Source: Eledone cirrhosa
Taxonomy: Eukaryota
Reading direction: 5' to 3'
NCBI GenBank assembly: GCA_964016885.1
Contig: OZ024740.1
Location: 209,746,001-209,810,000, forward strand
Length of the DNA: 64,000 nt
Every line of letters begins with the position of its first letter. Within the stretch, counting starts at the first letter, position 1. Under the pieces are notes generated by a model. It ran no database searches. It worked only from the letters and a program-made list of their open reading frames with translations, and was not told the DNA's origin. The position numbers and the translations under genes are program-made. This document shows positions 1 through 15,000 of this stretch, piece after piece.

Positions 1-3000
1 GTGTGAGTGTGTGTGACTGTCTGTATCTATGTGTGTGTGAGTGTGTGTGACTGTCTGAATCTATGTGTGTGTGTGTGTATGACTGTCTGTATCTATATGT
101 GTGAGTGTGTGTGACTGTCTGTATCTATGTCTGTGAGTGTGTGTGACTGTCTGTATCTATATGTGTGAGTGTGTGTGACTGTCTGTATCTATATGTGTGT
201 GAGTGTGTGTGACTGTCTGTATCTATGTGTGTGTGAGTGTGTGTGAGTGTGTGTGACTGTCTGTATCTATATTTGTGTGAGTGTGTGTGACTGTCTGTAT
301 CTATGTGTGTGTGAGTGTGTGTGACTGTCTGTATCTATGTGTGTGTGAGTGTGTGTGAGTGTCTGTATCTATGTGTGTGAGTGTGTGTGACTGTCTGTAT
401 CTATGTGTGTGAGTGTGTGTGACTGTCTGTATCTATGTGTGTGTGAGTGTGTGTGACTGTCTGTATCTATGTGTGTGTGAGTGTGTGTGACTGTCTGTAC
501 CTATGTGTGAGTGTGTGTGACTGTCTGTATCTATGTGTGTGTGAGTGTCTGTATCTATGTGAGTGAGTGTGTGTGACTCTCTGTATCTATGTGTATGTGA
601 GTGTGTGTGACTGTCTGTATCCATGTGTGTGAGTGTGTGTGACTGTCTGTATCTATGTGTGTGTGAGTGTGTGTGACTGTCTGTATCTATGTGTGTGAGT
701 GTGTGTGACTGTCTGTATCTATGTGTGTGAGTGTGTGTGACTGTCTGTATCTATGTGTGTGTGAGTGTGTGTGACTGTCTGTATCTATGTGTGTGAGTGT
801 GTGTGACTGTCTGTATCTACGTGTGTGAGTGTGTGTGACTGTCTGTATCTATGTGTGTGTGAGTGTGTGTGACTGTCTGTATCTATGTGTGAGTGTGTGT
901 GTGACTGTCTGTATCTATATGTGTGAGTGTGTGTGAATGTCTGTATCTATATGTGTGTGAGTGTGTGTGACTGTATCTATGTGTGTGAGTGTGTGACTGG
1001 CTGTATCTATGTGTGTGTGAGTGTGTGTGACTGTCTGTATCTATGTGTGTGAGTGGGTGTGACTGTCTGTATCTATGTGTGTGTGAGTGTGTGTGACTGT
1101 CTGTATCTATATGTGTGTGAGTGTGTGTGACTGTTTGTATCTATGTGTGAGTGAGTGTGACTGTCTGTATCTATGTGTGTGAGTGTGTGTGACTGTCTGT
1201 ATCTATGTGTATGTGAGTGTGTGTGACTGTCTGTATCTATGTGTGTGAGTGTGTGTGACTGTCTGTATCTATGTGTGTGTGAGTGTGTGTGACTGTCGGT
1301 ATCTATGTGTGTGAGTGTGTGTGACTGTTTGTATCTATGTGTGTGAGTGTGTGTGACTGTCTGTATCTATGTGTGTGTGAGTGTGTGTGACTGTCTGTAT
1401 CTATGTGTGTGTGAGTGTGTGTGACTGTCTGTATCTATGTGTGTGAGTGTGTGTGACTGTCTGTACCTATGTGTGTGTGAGTGTGTGTGACTGTCTGTAT
1501 CTATGTGTGTGTGAGTGTGTGTGACTGTCGGTATCTGTGTGTGTGAGTGTGTGTGACTGTTTGTATCTATGTGTGTGAGTGTGTGTGACTGTCTGTATCT
1601 ATATGTGTGTGAGTGTGTGTGACTGTATCTATGTGTGTGAGTGCGTGACTGTCTGTACCTATGTGTGTGTGTGTGTGTGTGTGACTGTCTGTATTTATGT
1701 GTGTGTGACTGTGTGTGATTGTCTCTATCTATGTGTGTGTGACTGTCTGTATCTATGTGTGTGTGAGTGTGTGTGACTGTCTGTATCTATATCTGTGTGA
1801 GTGTGTGTGACTGTCTGTATCTATATCTGTGTGAGTGTGTGTGACTGTCTGTATCTATATATGTGTGTGAGTGTGTGTGACTGTCTGTATCTATGTGTGT
1901 GAGTGTGTGTGACTGTCTGTATCTATGTGTGTGTGAGTGTGTGTGACTGTCTGTATCTATGTGTGTGAGTGTGTGTGACTGTCTGTATCTGTGTGTGAGT
2001 GGGTGTGACTGTCTGTATCTATGTGTGTGTGAGTGTGTGTGACTGTCTGTATCTATGTGTGAGTGTGTGTGACTGTCTGTATCTATATGTGTGAGTGTGT
2101 GTGACTGTCTGTATCTATATGTGTGTGAGTGTGTGTGACTGTATCTATGTGTGTGAGTGTGTGACTGGCTGTATCTATGTGTGTGTGAGTGTGTGTGACT
2201 GTCTGTATCTATGTGTGTGAGTGGGTGTGACTGTCTGTATCTATGTGTGTGTGAGTGTGTGTGACTGTCTGTATCTATATGTGTGTGAGTGTGTGTGACT
2301 GTTTGTATCTATGTGTGAGTGAGTGTGACTGTCTGTATCTATGTGTGTGTGTGAGTGTGACTGTCTCTATCTATGTGTGTGAGTGTTTGTGACTGTCTGT
2401 ATCTATGTGTGTGTGAGTGTGTGTGACTGTCTGTATCTATGTGTGTGTGTGTGTGACTGTCTGTATATATATGTGTGTGTAAGTGTGACTGTCTCTATCT
2501 ATGTGTGTGTGAGTGTGTGTGACTGTCTGTATCTATGTGTGTGAGTGTTTGTGACTGTCTGTATCTATGTGTGTGTGAGTGTGTGTGACTGTCTGTATCT
2601 ATATGTGTGTGAGTGTGTGTGACTGTCTGTATCTATGTGTGTGTGTGTGTGACTGTCTGTATATATATGTGTGTGTAAGTGTGACTGTCTCTATCTATGT
2701 GTGTGTGAGTGTATGTGACTGTCTGTACCTATGTGTGTGTGAGTGTGTGTGACTGTCTGTATCTATGTGTGTGTGAGTGTGTGTGACTGTCTGTATCTAT
2801 GTGTGTGAGTGTGTGTGACTGTCTGTATCTATGTGTGTGAGTGTGTGTGACTGTCTGTATCAATGTGTGTGAGTGTGTGTGACTGTCTGTATCTATGTGT
2901 GTGAGTGTGTGTGACTGTCTGTATCTATGTGTGTGAGTGTGTGTGACTGTCTCTATCTATGTGTGTGTGAGTGTGTGTGACTGTCTGTATCTATGTGTGT

Positions 3001-6000
3001 GAGTGTGTGTGACTGTCTGTATCTATGTCTGTGAGTGTGTGTGACTGTCTGTATCTATGTGTGTGAGTGTGTGTGACTGTCTGTATCTATGTGTGTGTTT
3101 GTGTGTGACTGTCTGTAACTATATGTGTGAGTGTGTGTGACTGTCTGTATCTATGTGTGTGTGAGTGTGTGTGACTGTCTGTATCTATGTGTGTGTGTGT
3201 GTGTGACTGTCTGTATCTATATGTGTGAGTGTGTGTGACTGTCTGTATCTATGTGTGTGTGAGTGTGTGTGACTGTCTGTATCTATGTCTGTGAGTGTGT
3301 GTGACTGTATGTATCTATATGTGTGAGTGTGTGTGACTGTCTGTATCTATATGTGTGTGAGTGTGTGTGACTGTCTGTATCTATGTGTGTGTGAGTGTGT
3401 GTGACTGTCTGTATCTATGTGTGTGTGAGTGTGTGTGACTGTCTGTATCTATATGTGTGTGAGTGTGTGTGACTGTCTGTACCTATGTCTGTGAGTGTGT
3501 GTGACTGTCTGTATCTATATGTGTGAGTGTGTGTGACTGTCTGTATCTATATGTGTGTGAGTGTGTGTGACTGTCTGTATCTATATGTGTGTGAGTGTGT
3601 GTGACTGTCTCTATCTATATGTGTGTGAGTGTGTGTGACTGTCTGTATCTATATGTGTGTGAGTGTGTGTGACTGTCTGTATCTATGTGTGTGTGAGTGT
3701 GTGTGACTGTCTGTATCTATGTGTGTGTGTGTGTGTGACTGTCTGTATCTATATGTGTGAGTGTGTGTGACTGTCTGTATCTATGTGTGTGTGAGTGTGT
3801 GTGACTGTCTGTATCTATGTGTGTGTGTGTGTGTGACTGTCTGTATCTATATGTGTGAGTGTGTGTGACTGTCTGTATCTATGTGTGTGTGAGTGTGTGT
3901 GACTGTCTGTACTTATGTGTGAGTGTGTGTGACTGTCTGTATCTATGTGTGTGTGAGTGTGTGTGACTGTCTGTATCTATGTGTGTGTGTGTGTGACTGT
4001 CTGTATCTATGTGTGTGTGTGTGTGACTGTCTGTATCTATGTGTGAGTGTGTGTGACTGTCTCTATCTATGTGTGTGAGTGTGTGTGACTTTCCGTATCT
4101 ATATGTGTGTGAGTGTGTGTGACTGTCTGTATCTATGTGTGTGTGTGTGTGTGACTGTCTGTATCTATATGTGTGAGTGTGTGTGACTGTCTGTATCTAT
4201 GTGTGTGTGAGTGTGTGTGACTGTCTGTATCTATGTGTGTGTGTGTGTGTGACTGTCTGTATCTATATGTGTGAGTGTGTGTGACTGTCTGTATCTATGT
4301 CTGTGAGTGTGTGTGACTGTCTGTATCTATATGTGTGTGAGTGTGTGTGACTGTCTGTATCTATGTCTGTGAGTGTGTGTGACTGTCTGTATCTATGTGT
4401 GTGTGAGTGTGTGTGACTGTCTGTATCTATGTGTGTGTGAGTGTGTGTGACTGTCTGTATCTATGTGTGTGACTGTCTGTATCTATGTGTGTGAGTGTGT
4501 GTGACTGTCTGTATCTATGTGTGTGTGAGTGTGTGTGACTGTCTGTATCTATGTGTTTGAGTGTGTGACTGTCTGTATCTATGTGTGTGTGAGTGTGTGA
4601 GACTGTCTGTACCTATGTGTGAGTGTGTGTGACTGTCTGTATCTATGTGTGTGTGAGTGTGTGTGACTGTCTGTATCTATATGTGTGAGTGTGTGTGACT
4701 GTCTGTATCTATATGTGTGTGAGTGTGTGTGACTGTCTGTATCTATGTGTGTGTGAGTGTGTGTGACTGTCTGTATCTATGTGTGTGTGAGTGTGTGTGA
4801 CTGTCTGTATCTATATGTGTGTGAGTGTGTGTGACTGTCTGTATCTATATGTGTGTGAGTGTGTGTGACTGTCTGTATCTATGTGTGTGTGAGTGTGTGT
4901 GACTGTCTGTATCTATGTGTGTGTGTGTGTATGACTGTCTGTATCTATATGTGTGAGTGTGTGTGACTGTCTGTATCTATGTCTGTGAGTGTGTGTGACT
5001 GTCTGTATCTATATGTGTGAGTGTGTGTGACTGTCTGTATCTATATGTGTGTGAGTGTGTGTGACTGTCTGTATCTATGTGTGTGTGAGTGTGTGTGAGT
5101 GTGTGTGACTGTCTCTATCTATATTTGTGTGAGTGTGTGTGACTGTCTGTATCTATGTGTGTGTGAGTGTGTGTGACTGTCTGTATCTATGTGTGTGTGA
5201 GTGTGTGTGAGAGTCTGTATCTATGTGTGTGAGTGTGTGTGACTGTCTATATCTATGTGTGTGAGTGTGTGTGACTGTCTGTAACTATGTGTGTGTGAGT
5301 GTGTGTGACTGTCTGTATCTATGTGTTTGAGTGTGTGACTGTCTGTATCTATGTGTGTGTGAGTGTGTGTGACTGTCTGTACCTATGTGTGAGTGTGTGT
5401 GACTGTCTGTATCTATGTGTGTGTGAGTGTCTGTATCTATGTGAGTGAGTGTGTGTGACTCTCTGTATCTATGTGTATGTGAGTGTGTGTGACTGTCTGT
5501 ATCCATGTGTGTGAGTGTGTGTGACTGTCTGTATCTATGTGTGTGTGAGTGTGTGTGACTGTCTGTATCTATGTGTGTGAGTGTGTGTGACTGTCTGTAT
5601 CTATGTGTGTGAGTGTGTGTGACTGTCTGTATCTATGTGTGTGTGAGTGTGTGTGACTGTCTGTATCTATGTGTGTGAGTGTGTGTGACTGTCTGTATCC
5701 ATGTGTGTGAGTGTGTGTGACTGTCTGTATCTATGTGTGTGTGAGTGTGTGTGACTGTCTGTATCTATGTGTGAGTGTGTGTGTGACTGTCTGTATCTAT
5801 ATGTGTGAGTGTGTGTGACTGTCTGTATCTATATGTGTGTGAGTGTGTGTGACTGTATCTATGTGTGTGAGTGTGTGACTGGCTGTATCTATGTGTGTGT
5901 GAGTGTGTGTGACTGTCTGTATCTATGTGTGTGAGTGGGTGTGACTGTCTGTATCTATGTGTGTGTGAGTGTGTGTGACTGTCTGTATCTATATGTGTGT

Positions 6001-9000
6001 GAGTGTGTGTGACTGTTTGTATCTATGTGTGAGTGAGTGTGACTGTCTGTATCTATGTGTGTGAGTGTGTGTGACTGTCTGTATCTATGTGTATGTGAGT
6101 GTGTGTGACTGTCTGTATCTATGTGTGTGAGTGTGTGTGACTGTCTGTATCTATGTGTGTGTGAGTGTGTGTGACTGTCGGTATCTATGTGTGTGAGTGT
6201 GTGTGACTGTTTGTATCTATGTGTGTGAGTGTGTGTGACTGTCTGTATCTATGTGTGTGTGAGTGTGTGTGACTGTCTGTATCTATGTGTGTGTGAGTGT
6301 GTGTGACTGTCTGTATCTATGTGTGTGAGTGTGTGTGACTGTCTGTATCTATGTGTGTGAGTGTGTGTGACTGTCTGTATCTATGTGTGTGAGTGTGTGT
6401 GACTGTCTGTATCTATGTGTGTGAGTGTGTGTGACTGTCTGTATCTATGTGTGTGAGTGTGTGTGACTGTCTGTATCTATGTGTGTGAGTGTGTGTGACT
6501 GTCTCTATCTATGTGTGTGTGAGTGTGTGTGACTGTCTGTATCTATGTGTGTGAGTGTGTGTGACTGTCTGTATCTATGTCTGTGAGTGTGTGTGACTGT
6601 CTGTATCTATGTGTGTGAGTGTGTGTGACTGTCTGTATCTATGTGTGTGTTTGTGTGTGACTGTCTGTAACTATATGTGTGAGTGTGTGTGACTGTCTGT
6701 ATCTATGTGTGTGTGAGTGTGTGTGACTGTCTGTATCTATGTGTGTGTGTGTGTGTGACTGTCTGTATCTATATGTGTGAGTGTGTGTGACTGTCTGTAT
6801 CTATGTGTGTGTGAGTGTGTGTGACTGTCTGTATCTATGTCTGTGAGTGTGTGTGACTGTCTGTATCTATATGTGTGAGTGTGTGTGACTGTCTGTATCT
6901 ATATGTGTGTGAGTGTGTGTGACTGTCTGTATCTATGTGTGTGTGAGTGTGTGTGACTGTCTGTATCTATGTGTGTGTGAGTGTGTGTGACTGTCTGTAT
7001 CTATATGTGTGTGAGTGTGTGTGACTGTCTGTACCTATGTCTGTGAGTGTGTGTGACTGTCTGTATCTATATGTGTGAGTGTGTGTGACTGTCTGTATCT
7101 ATATGTGTGTGAGTGTGTGTGACTGTCTGTATCTATATGTGTGTGAGTGTGTGTGACTGTCTCTATCTATATGTGTGTGAGTGTGTGTGACTGTCTGTAT
7201 CTATATGTGTGTGAGTGTGTGTGACTGTCTGTATCTATGTGTGTGTGAGTGTGTGTGACTGTCTGTATCTATGTGTGTGTGAGTGTGTGTGACTGTCTGT
7301 ATCTATGTGTGTGTGTGTGTGACTGTCTGTATCTATGTGTGTGTGTGTGTGACTGTCTGTATCTATGTGTGAGTGTGTGTGACTGTCTCTATCTATGTGT
7401 GTGAGTGTGTGTGACTTTCCGTATCTATATGTGTGTGAGTGTGTGTGACTGTCTGTATCTATGTGTGTGTGTGTGTGTGACTGTCTGTATCTATATGTGT
7501 GAGTGTGTGTGACTGTCTGTATCTATGTGTGTGTGAGTGTGTGTGACTGTCTGTATCTATGTGTGTGTGTGTGTGTGACTGTCTGTATCTATATGTGTGA
7601 GTGTGTGTGACTGTCTGTATCTATGTCTGTGAGTGTGTGTGACTGTCTGTATCTATATGTGTGTGAGTGTGTGTGACTGTCTGTATCTATGTCTGTGAGT
7701 GTGTGTGACTGTCTGTATCTATGTGTGTGTGAGTGTGTGTGACTGTCTGTATCTATGTGTGTGTGAGTGTGTGTGACTGTCTGTATCTATGTGTGTGAGT
7801 GTGTGTGACTGTCTGTATCTATGTGTGTGTGAGTGTGTGTGACTGTCTGTATCTATGTGTTTGAGTGTGTGACTGTCTGTATCTATGTGTGTGTGAGTGT
7901 GTGAGACTGTCTGTACCTATGTGTGAGTGTGTGTGACTGTCTGTATCTATGTGTGTGTGAGTGTGTGTGACTGTCTGTATCTATATGTGTGAGTGTGTGT
8001 GACTGTCTGTATCTATATGTGTGTGAGTGTGTGTGACTGTCTGTATCTATGTGTGTGTGAGTGTGTGTGACTGTCTGTATCTATGTGTGTGTGAGTGTGT
8101 GTGACTGTCTGTATCTATATGTGTGTGAGTGTGTGTGACTGTCTGTATCTATATGTGTGTGAGTGTGTGTGACTGTCTGTATCTATGTGTGTGTGAGTGT
8201 GTGTGACTGTCTGTATCTATGTGTGTGTGTGTGTATGACTGTCTGTATCTATATGTGTGAGTGTGTGTGACTGTCTGTATCTATGTCTGTGAGTGTGTGT
8301 GACTGTCTGTATCTATATGTGTGAGTGTGTGTGACTGTCTGTATCTATATGTGTGTGAGTGTGTGTGACTGTCTGTATCTATGTGTGTGTGAGTGTGTGT
8401 GAGTGTGTGTGACTGTCTCTATCTATATTTGTGTGAGTGTGTGTGACTGTCTGTATCTATGTGTGTGTGAGTGTGTGTGACTGTCTGTATCTATGTGTGT
8501 GTGAGTGTGTGTGAGAGTCTGTATCTATGTGTGTGAGTGTGTGTGACTGTCTGTATCTATGTGTGTGAGTGTGTGTGACTGTCTGTAACTATGTGTGTGT
8601 GAGTGTGTGTGACTGTCTGTATCTATGTGTTTGAGTGTGTGACTGTCTGTATCTATGTGTGTGTGAGTGTGTGTGACTGTCTGTACCTATGTGTGAGTGT
8701 GTGTGACTGTCTGTATCTATGTGTGTGTGAGTGTCTGTATCTATGTGAGTGAGTGTGTGTGACTCTCTGTATCTATGTGTATGTGAGTGTGTGTGACTGT
8801 CTGTATCCATGTGTGTGAGTGTGTGTGACTGTCTGTATCTATGTGTGTGTGAGTGTGTGTGACTGTCTGTATCTATGTGTGTGAGTGTGTGTGACTGTCT
8901 GTATCTATGTGTGTGAGTGTGTGTGACTGTCTGTATCTATGTGTGTGTGAGTGTGTGTGACTGTCTGTATCTATGTGTGTGAGTGTGTGTGACTGTCTGT

Positions 9001-12000
9001 ATCCATGTGTGTGAGTGTGTGTGACTGTCTGTATCTATGTGTGTGTGAGTGTGTGTGACTGTCTGTATCTATGTGTGAGTGTGTGTGTGACTGTCTGTAT
9101 CTATATGTGTGAGTGTGTGTGACTGTCTGTATCTATATGTGTGTGAGTGTGTGTGACTGTATCTATGTGTGTGAGTGTGTGACTGGCTGTATCTATGTGT
9201 GTGTGAGTGTGTGTGACTGTCTGTATCTATGTGTGTGAGTGGGTGTGACTGTCTGTATCTATGTGTGTGTGAGTGTGTGTGACTGTCTGTATCTATATGT
9301 GTGTGAGTGTGTGTGACTGTTTGTATCTATGTGTGAGTGAGTGTGACTGTCTGTATCTATGTGTGTGAGTGTGTGTGACTGTCTGTATCTATGTGTATGT
9401 GAGTGTGTGTGACTGTCTGTATCTATGTGTGTGAGTGTGTGTGACTGTCTGTATCTATGTGTGTGTGAGTGTGTGTGACTGTCGGTATCTATGTGTGTGA
9501 GTGTGTGTGACTGTTTGTATCTATGTGTGTGAGTGTGTGTGACTGTCTGTATCTATGTGTGTGTGAGTGTGTGTGACTGTCTGTATCTATGTGTGTGTGA
9601 GTGTGTGTGACTGTCTGTATCTATGTGTGTGAGTGTGTGTGACTGTCTGTACCTATGTGTGTGTGAGTGTGTGTGACTGTCTGTATCTATGTGTGTGTGA
9701 GTGTGTGTGACTGTCGGTATCTATGTGTGTGAGTGTGTGTGACTGTTTGTATCTATGTGTGTGAGTGTGTGTGACTGTCTGTATCTATATGTGTGTGAGT
9801 GTGTGTGACTGTATCTATGTGTGTGAGTGCGTGACTGTCTGTACCTATGTGTGTGTGTGTGTGTGTGTGACTGTCTGTATTTATGTGTGTGTGACTGTGT
9901 GTGACTGTCTCTATCTATGTGTGTGTGACTGTCTGTATCTATGTGTGTGTGAGTGTGTGTGACTGTCTGTATCTATATCTGTGTGAGTGTGTGTGACTGT
10001 CTGTATCTATATATGTGTGTGAGTGTGTGTGACTGTCTGTATCTATGTGTGTGAGTGTGTGTGACTGTCTGTATCTATGTGTGTGTGAGTGTGTGTGACT
10101 GTCTGTATCTATGTGTGTGAGTGTGTGTGACTCTGTATCTGTGTGTGAGTGGGTGTGACTGTCTGTATCTATGTGTGTGTGAGTGTGTGTGACTGTCTGT
10201 ATCTATGTGTGAGTGTGTGTGACTGTCTGTATCTATATGTGTGAGTGTGTGTGACTGTCTGTATCTATATGTGTGTGAGTGTGTGTGACTGTATCTATGT
10301 GTGTGAGTGTGTGACTGGCTGTATCTATGTGTGTGTGAGTGTGTGTGACTGTCTGTATCTATGTGTGTGAGTGGGTGTGACTGTCTGTATCTATGTGTGT
10401 GTGAGTGTGTGTGACTGTCTGTATCTATATGTGTGTGAGTGTGTGTGACTGTTTGTATCTATGTGTGAGTGAGTGTGACTGTCTGTATCTATGTGTGTGT
10501 GTGAGTGTGACTGTCTCTATCTATGTGTGTGAGTGTTTGTGACTGTCTGTATCTATGTGTGTGTGAGTGTGTGTGACTGTCTGTATCTATATGTGTGTAA
10601 GTGTGTGTGACTGTCTGTATCTATGTGTGTGTGAGTGTGTGTGACTGTCTATATCTATGTGTGTGTGAGTGTGTGTGACTGTCTGTATCTATGTGTGTGT
10701 GTGTGTGACTGTCTGTATATATATGTGTGTGTAAGTGTGACTGTCTCTATCTATGTGTGTGTGAGTGTGTGTGACTGTCTGTATCTATGTGTGTGAGTGT
10801 TTGTGACTGTCTGTATCTATGTGTGTGTGAGTGTGTGTGACTGTCTGTATCTATATGTGTGTGAGTGTGTGTGACTGTCTGTATCTATGTGTGTGTGTGT
10901 GTGACTGTCTGTATATATATGTGTGTGTAAGTGTGACTGTCTCTATCTATGTGTGTGTGAGTGTATGTGACTGTCTGTACCTATGTGTGTGTGAGTGTGT
11001 GTGACTGTCTGTATCTATGTGTGTGTGAGTGTGTGTGACTGTCTGTATCTATGTGTGTCAGTGTGTGACTGTCTGTATCTATGTGTGTGAGTGTGTGTGA
11101 CTGTCTGTATCAATGTGTGTGAGTGTGTGTGACTGTCTGTATCTATGTGTGTGAGTGTGTGTGACTGTCTGTATCTATGTGTGTGAGTGTGTGTGACTGT
11201 CTGTATCTATATATGTGAGTGTGTGTGACTGTCTGTATCTATGTGTGTGAGTGTGTGTGACTGTCTCTATCTATGTGTGTGTGAGTGTGTGTGACTGTCT
11301 GTATCTATGTGTGTGAGTGTGTGTGACTGTCTGTATCTATGTCTGTGAGTGTGTGTGACTGTCTGTATCTATGTGTGTGAGTGTGTGTGAGTGTCTGTAT
11401 CTATGTGTGTGTGTGTGTGTGACTGTCTGTAACTATATGTGTGAGTGTGTGTGACTGTCTGTATCTATGTGTGTGTGAGTGTGTGTGACTGTCTGTATCT
11501 ATGTGTGTGTGTGTGTGTGACTGTCTGTATCTATATGTGTGAGTGTGTGTGACTGTCTGTATCTATGTGTGTGTGAGTGTGTGTGACTGTCTGTATCTAT
11601 GTCTGTGAGTGTGTGTGACTGTCTGTATCTATATGTGTGAGTGTGTGTGACTGTCTGTATCTATATGTGTGTGAGTGTGTGTGACTGTCTGTATCTATGT
11701 GTGTGTGAGTGTGTGTGACTGTCTGTATCTATGTGTGTGTGAGTGTGTGTGACTGTCTGTATCTATATGTGTGTGAGTGTGTGTGACTGTCTGTACCTAT
11801 GTCTGTGAGTGTGTGTCACTGTCTGTATCTATATGTGTGAGTGTGTGTGACTGTCTGTATCTATATGTGTGTGAGTGTGTGTGACTGTCTGTATCTATAT
11901 GTGTGTGAGTGTGTGTGACTGTCTGTATCTATGTGTGTGTGAGTGTGTGTGACTGTCTGTATCTATATGTGTGTGAGTGTGTGTGACTGTCTGTATCTAT

Positions 12001-15000
12001 ATGTGTGTGAGTGTGTGTGACTGTCTGTATCTATATGTGTGTGAGTGTGTGTGACTGTCTGTATCTATGTGTGTGTGAGTGTGTGTGACTGTCTGTATCT
12101 ATGTGTGTGTGTGTGTGTGACTGTCTGTATCTATATGTGTGAGTGTGTGTGACTGTCTGTATCTATGTGTGTGTGAGTGTGTGTGACTGTCTGTATCTAT
12201 GTGTGTGTGTGTGTGTGACTGTCTGTATCTATATGTGTTAGTGTGTGTGACTGTCTGTATCTATGTGTGTGTGAGTGTGTGTGACTGTCTGTATCTATGT
12301 CTGTGAGTGTGTGTGACTGTCTGTATCTATATGTGTGTGAGTGTGTGTGACTGTCTGTATCTATGTCTGTGAGTGTGTGTGACTGTCTGTATCTATGTGT
12401 GTGTGAGTGTGTGTGACTGTCTGTATCTATGTGTGTGTGAGTGTGTGTGACTGTCTGTATCTATGTGTGTGAGTGTGTGTGACTGTCTGTATCTATGTGT
12501 GTGAGTGTGTGTGACTGTCTGTAACTATGTGTGTGTGAGTGTGTGTGACTGTCTGTATCTATGTGTTTGAGTGTGTGACTGTCTGTATCTATGTGTGTGT
12601 GAGTGTGTGTGACTGTCTGTACCTATGTGTGAGTGTGTGTGACTGTCTGTATCTATGTGTGTGTGAGTGTGTGTGACTGTCTGTATCTATATGTGTGAGT
12701 GTGTGTGACTGTCTGTATCTATATGTGTGTGAGTGTGTGTGACTGTCTGTATCTATGTGTGTGTGAGTGTGTGTGACTGTCTGTATCTATATGTGTGTGA
12801 GTGTGTGTGACTGTCTGTATCTATATGTGTGTGAGTGTGTGTGACTGTCTGTATCTATGTGTGTGTGAGTGTGTGTGACTGTCTGTATCTATGTGTGTGT
12901 GTGTGTGTGACTGTCTGTATCTATATGTGTGAGTGTGTGTGACTGTCTGTATCTATGTCTGTGAGTGTGTGTGACTGTCTGTATCTATATGTGTGAGTGT
13001 GTGTGACTGTCTGTATCTATATGTGTGTGAGTGTGTGTGACTGTCTGTATCTATGTGTGTGTGAGTGTGTGTGACTGTCTGTATCTATATTTGTGTGAGT
13101 GTGTGTGACTGTCTGTATCTATGTGTGTGTGAGTGTGTGTGACTGTCTGTATCTATGTGTGTGTGAGTGTGTGTGACTGTCTGTATCTATGTGTGTGAGT
13201 GTGTGTGACTGTCTGTATCTATGTGTGTGAGTGTGTGTGACTGTCTGTATCTATCTGTTTGAGTGTGTGACTGTCTGTATCTATGTGTGTGTGAGTGTGT
13301 GTGACTGTCTGTACCTATGTGTGAGTGTGTGTGACTGTCTGTATATATGTGTGTGTGAGTGTGTGTGAGTGTCTGTATCTATGTGAGTGAGTGTGTGTGA
13401 CTCTCTGTATCTATGTGTATGTGAGTGTGTGTGACTGTCTGTATCTATGTGTGTGAGTGTGTGTGACTGTCTGTATCTATGTGTGTGTGAGTGTGTGTGA
13501 CTGTCTGTATCTATGTGTGTGAGTGTGTGTGACTGTCTGTATCTATGTGTGTGAGTGTGTGTGACTGTCTGTATCTATCTGTGTGTGAGTGTGTGTGACT
13601 GTCTGTATCTATGTGTGTGAGTGTCTGTGACTGTCTGTATCTATGTGTGTGTGAGTGTGTGTGACTGTCTGTATCTATGTATGTGTGAGTGTGTGTGACT
13701 GTCTGTATCTATGTGTGTGTGAGTGTGTGTGACTGTCTGTATCTATGTGTGTGAGTGGGTGTGACTGTCTGTATCTATGTGTGTGTGAGTGTGTGTGACT
13801 GTCTGTATCTATATGTGTGTGAGTGTGTGTGACTGTTTGTATCTATGTGTGTGTGAGTGTGTGTGACTGTCTGTATCTATGTGTGTGTGAGTGTGTGTGA
13901 GTGTCGGTATCTATGTGTGTGAGTGTGTGTGACTGTTTGTATCTATGTGTGTGAGTGTGTGTGACTGTCTGTATCTATATGTGTCTGAGTGTGGGTGACT
14001 GTATCTATGTGTGTGAGTGCGTGACTGTCTGTACCTATGTGTGTGTGTGTGTGTGTGTGTGACTGTCTGTATCTATGTGTGTGTGACTGTGTGTGACTGT
14101 CTCTATCTATGTGTGTGTGACTGTCTGTATCTATGTGTGTGTGGGTGTGTGTGACTGTCTGTATCTATATCTGTGTGAGTGTGTGTGACTGTCTGTATCT
14201 ATATATGTGTGTGAGTGTGTGTGACTGTCTGTATCTATGTGTGTGAGTGTGTGTGACTGTCTGTATCTATGTGTGTGAGTGTGTGTGACTGTCTGTATCT
14301 ATGTGTGTGTGAGTGTGTGTGACTGTCTGTATCTATGTGTGTGAGTGTGTGTGACTGTCTGTATCTATGTGTGTGAGTGGGTGTGACTGTCTGTATCTAT
14401 GTGTGTGTGAGTGTGTGTGACTGTCTGTATCTATGTGTGAGTGTGTGTGACTGTCTGTATCTATATGTGTGAGTGTGTGTGACTGTCTGTATCTATATGT
14501 GTGTGAGTGTGTGTGACTGTATCTATGTGTGTGAGTGTGTGACTGGCTGTATCTATGTGTGTGTGAGTGTGTGTGACTGTCTGTATCTATGTGTGTGAGT
14601 GGGTGTGACTGTCTGTATCGATGTGTGTGTGAGTGTGTGTGACTGTCTGTATCTATATGTGTGTGAGTGTGTGTGACTGTTTGTATCTATGTGTGAGTGA
14701 GTGTGACTGTCTGTATCTATGTGTGTGTGTGAGTGTGACTGTCTCTATCTATGTGTGTGAGTGTTTGTGACTGTCTGTATCTATGTGTGTGTGAGTGTGT
14801 GTGACTGTCTGTATCTATATGTGTGTAAGTGTGTGTGACTGTCTGTATCTATGTGTGTGTGAGTGTGTGTGACTGTCTATATCTATGTGTGTGTGAGTGT
14901 GTGTGACTGTCTGTATCTATGTGTGTGTGTGTGTGACTGTCTGTATATATATGTGTGTGTAAGTGTGACTGTCTCTATCTATGTGTGTGTAAGTGTGTGT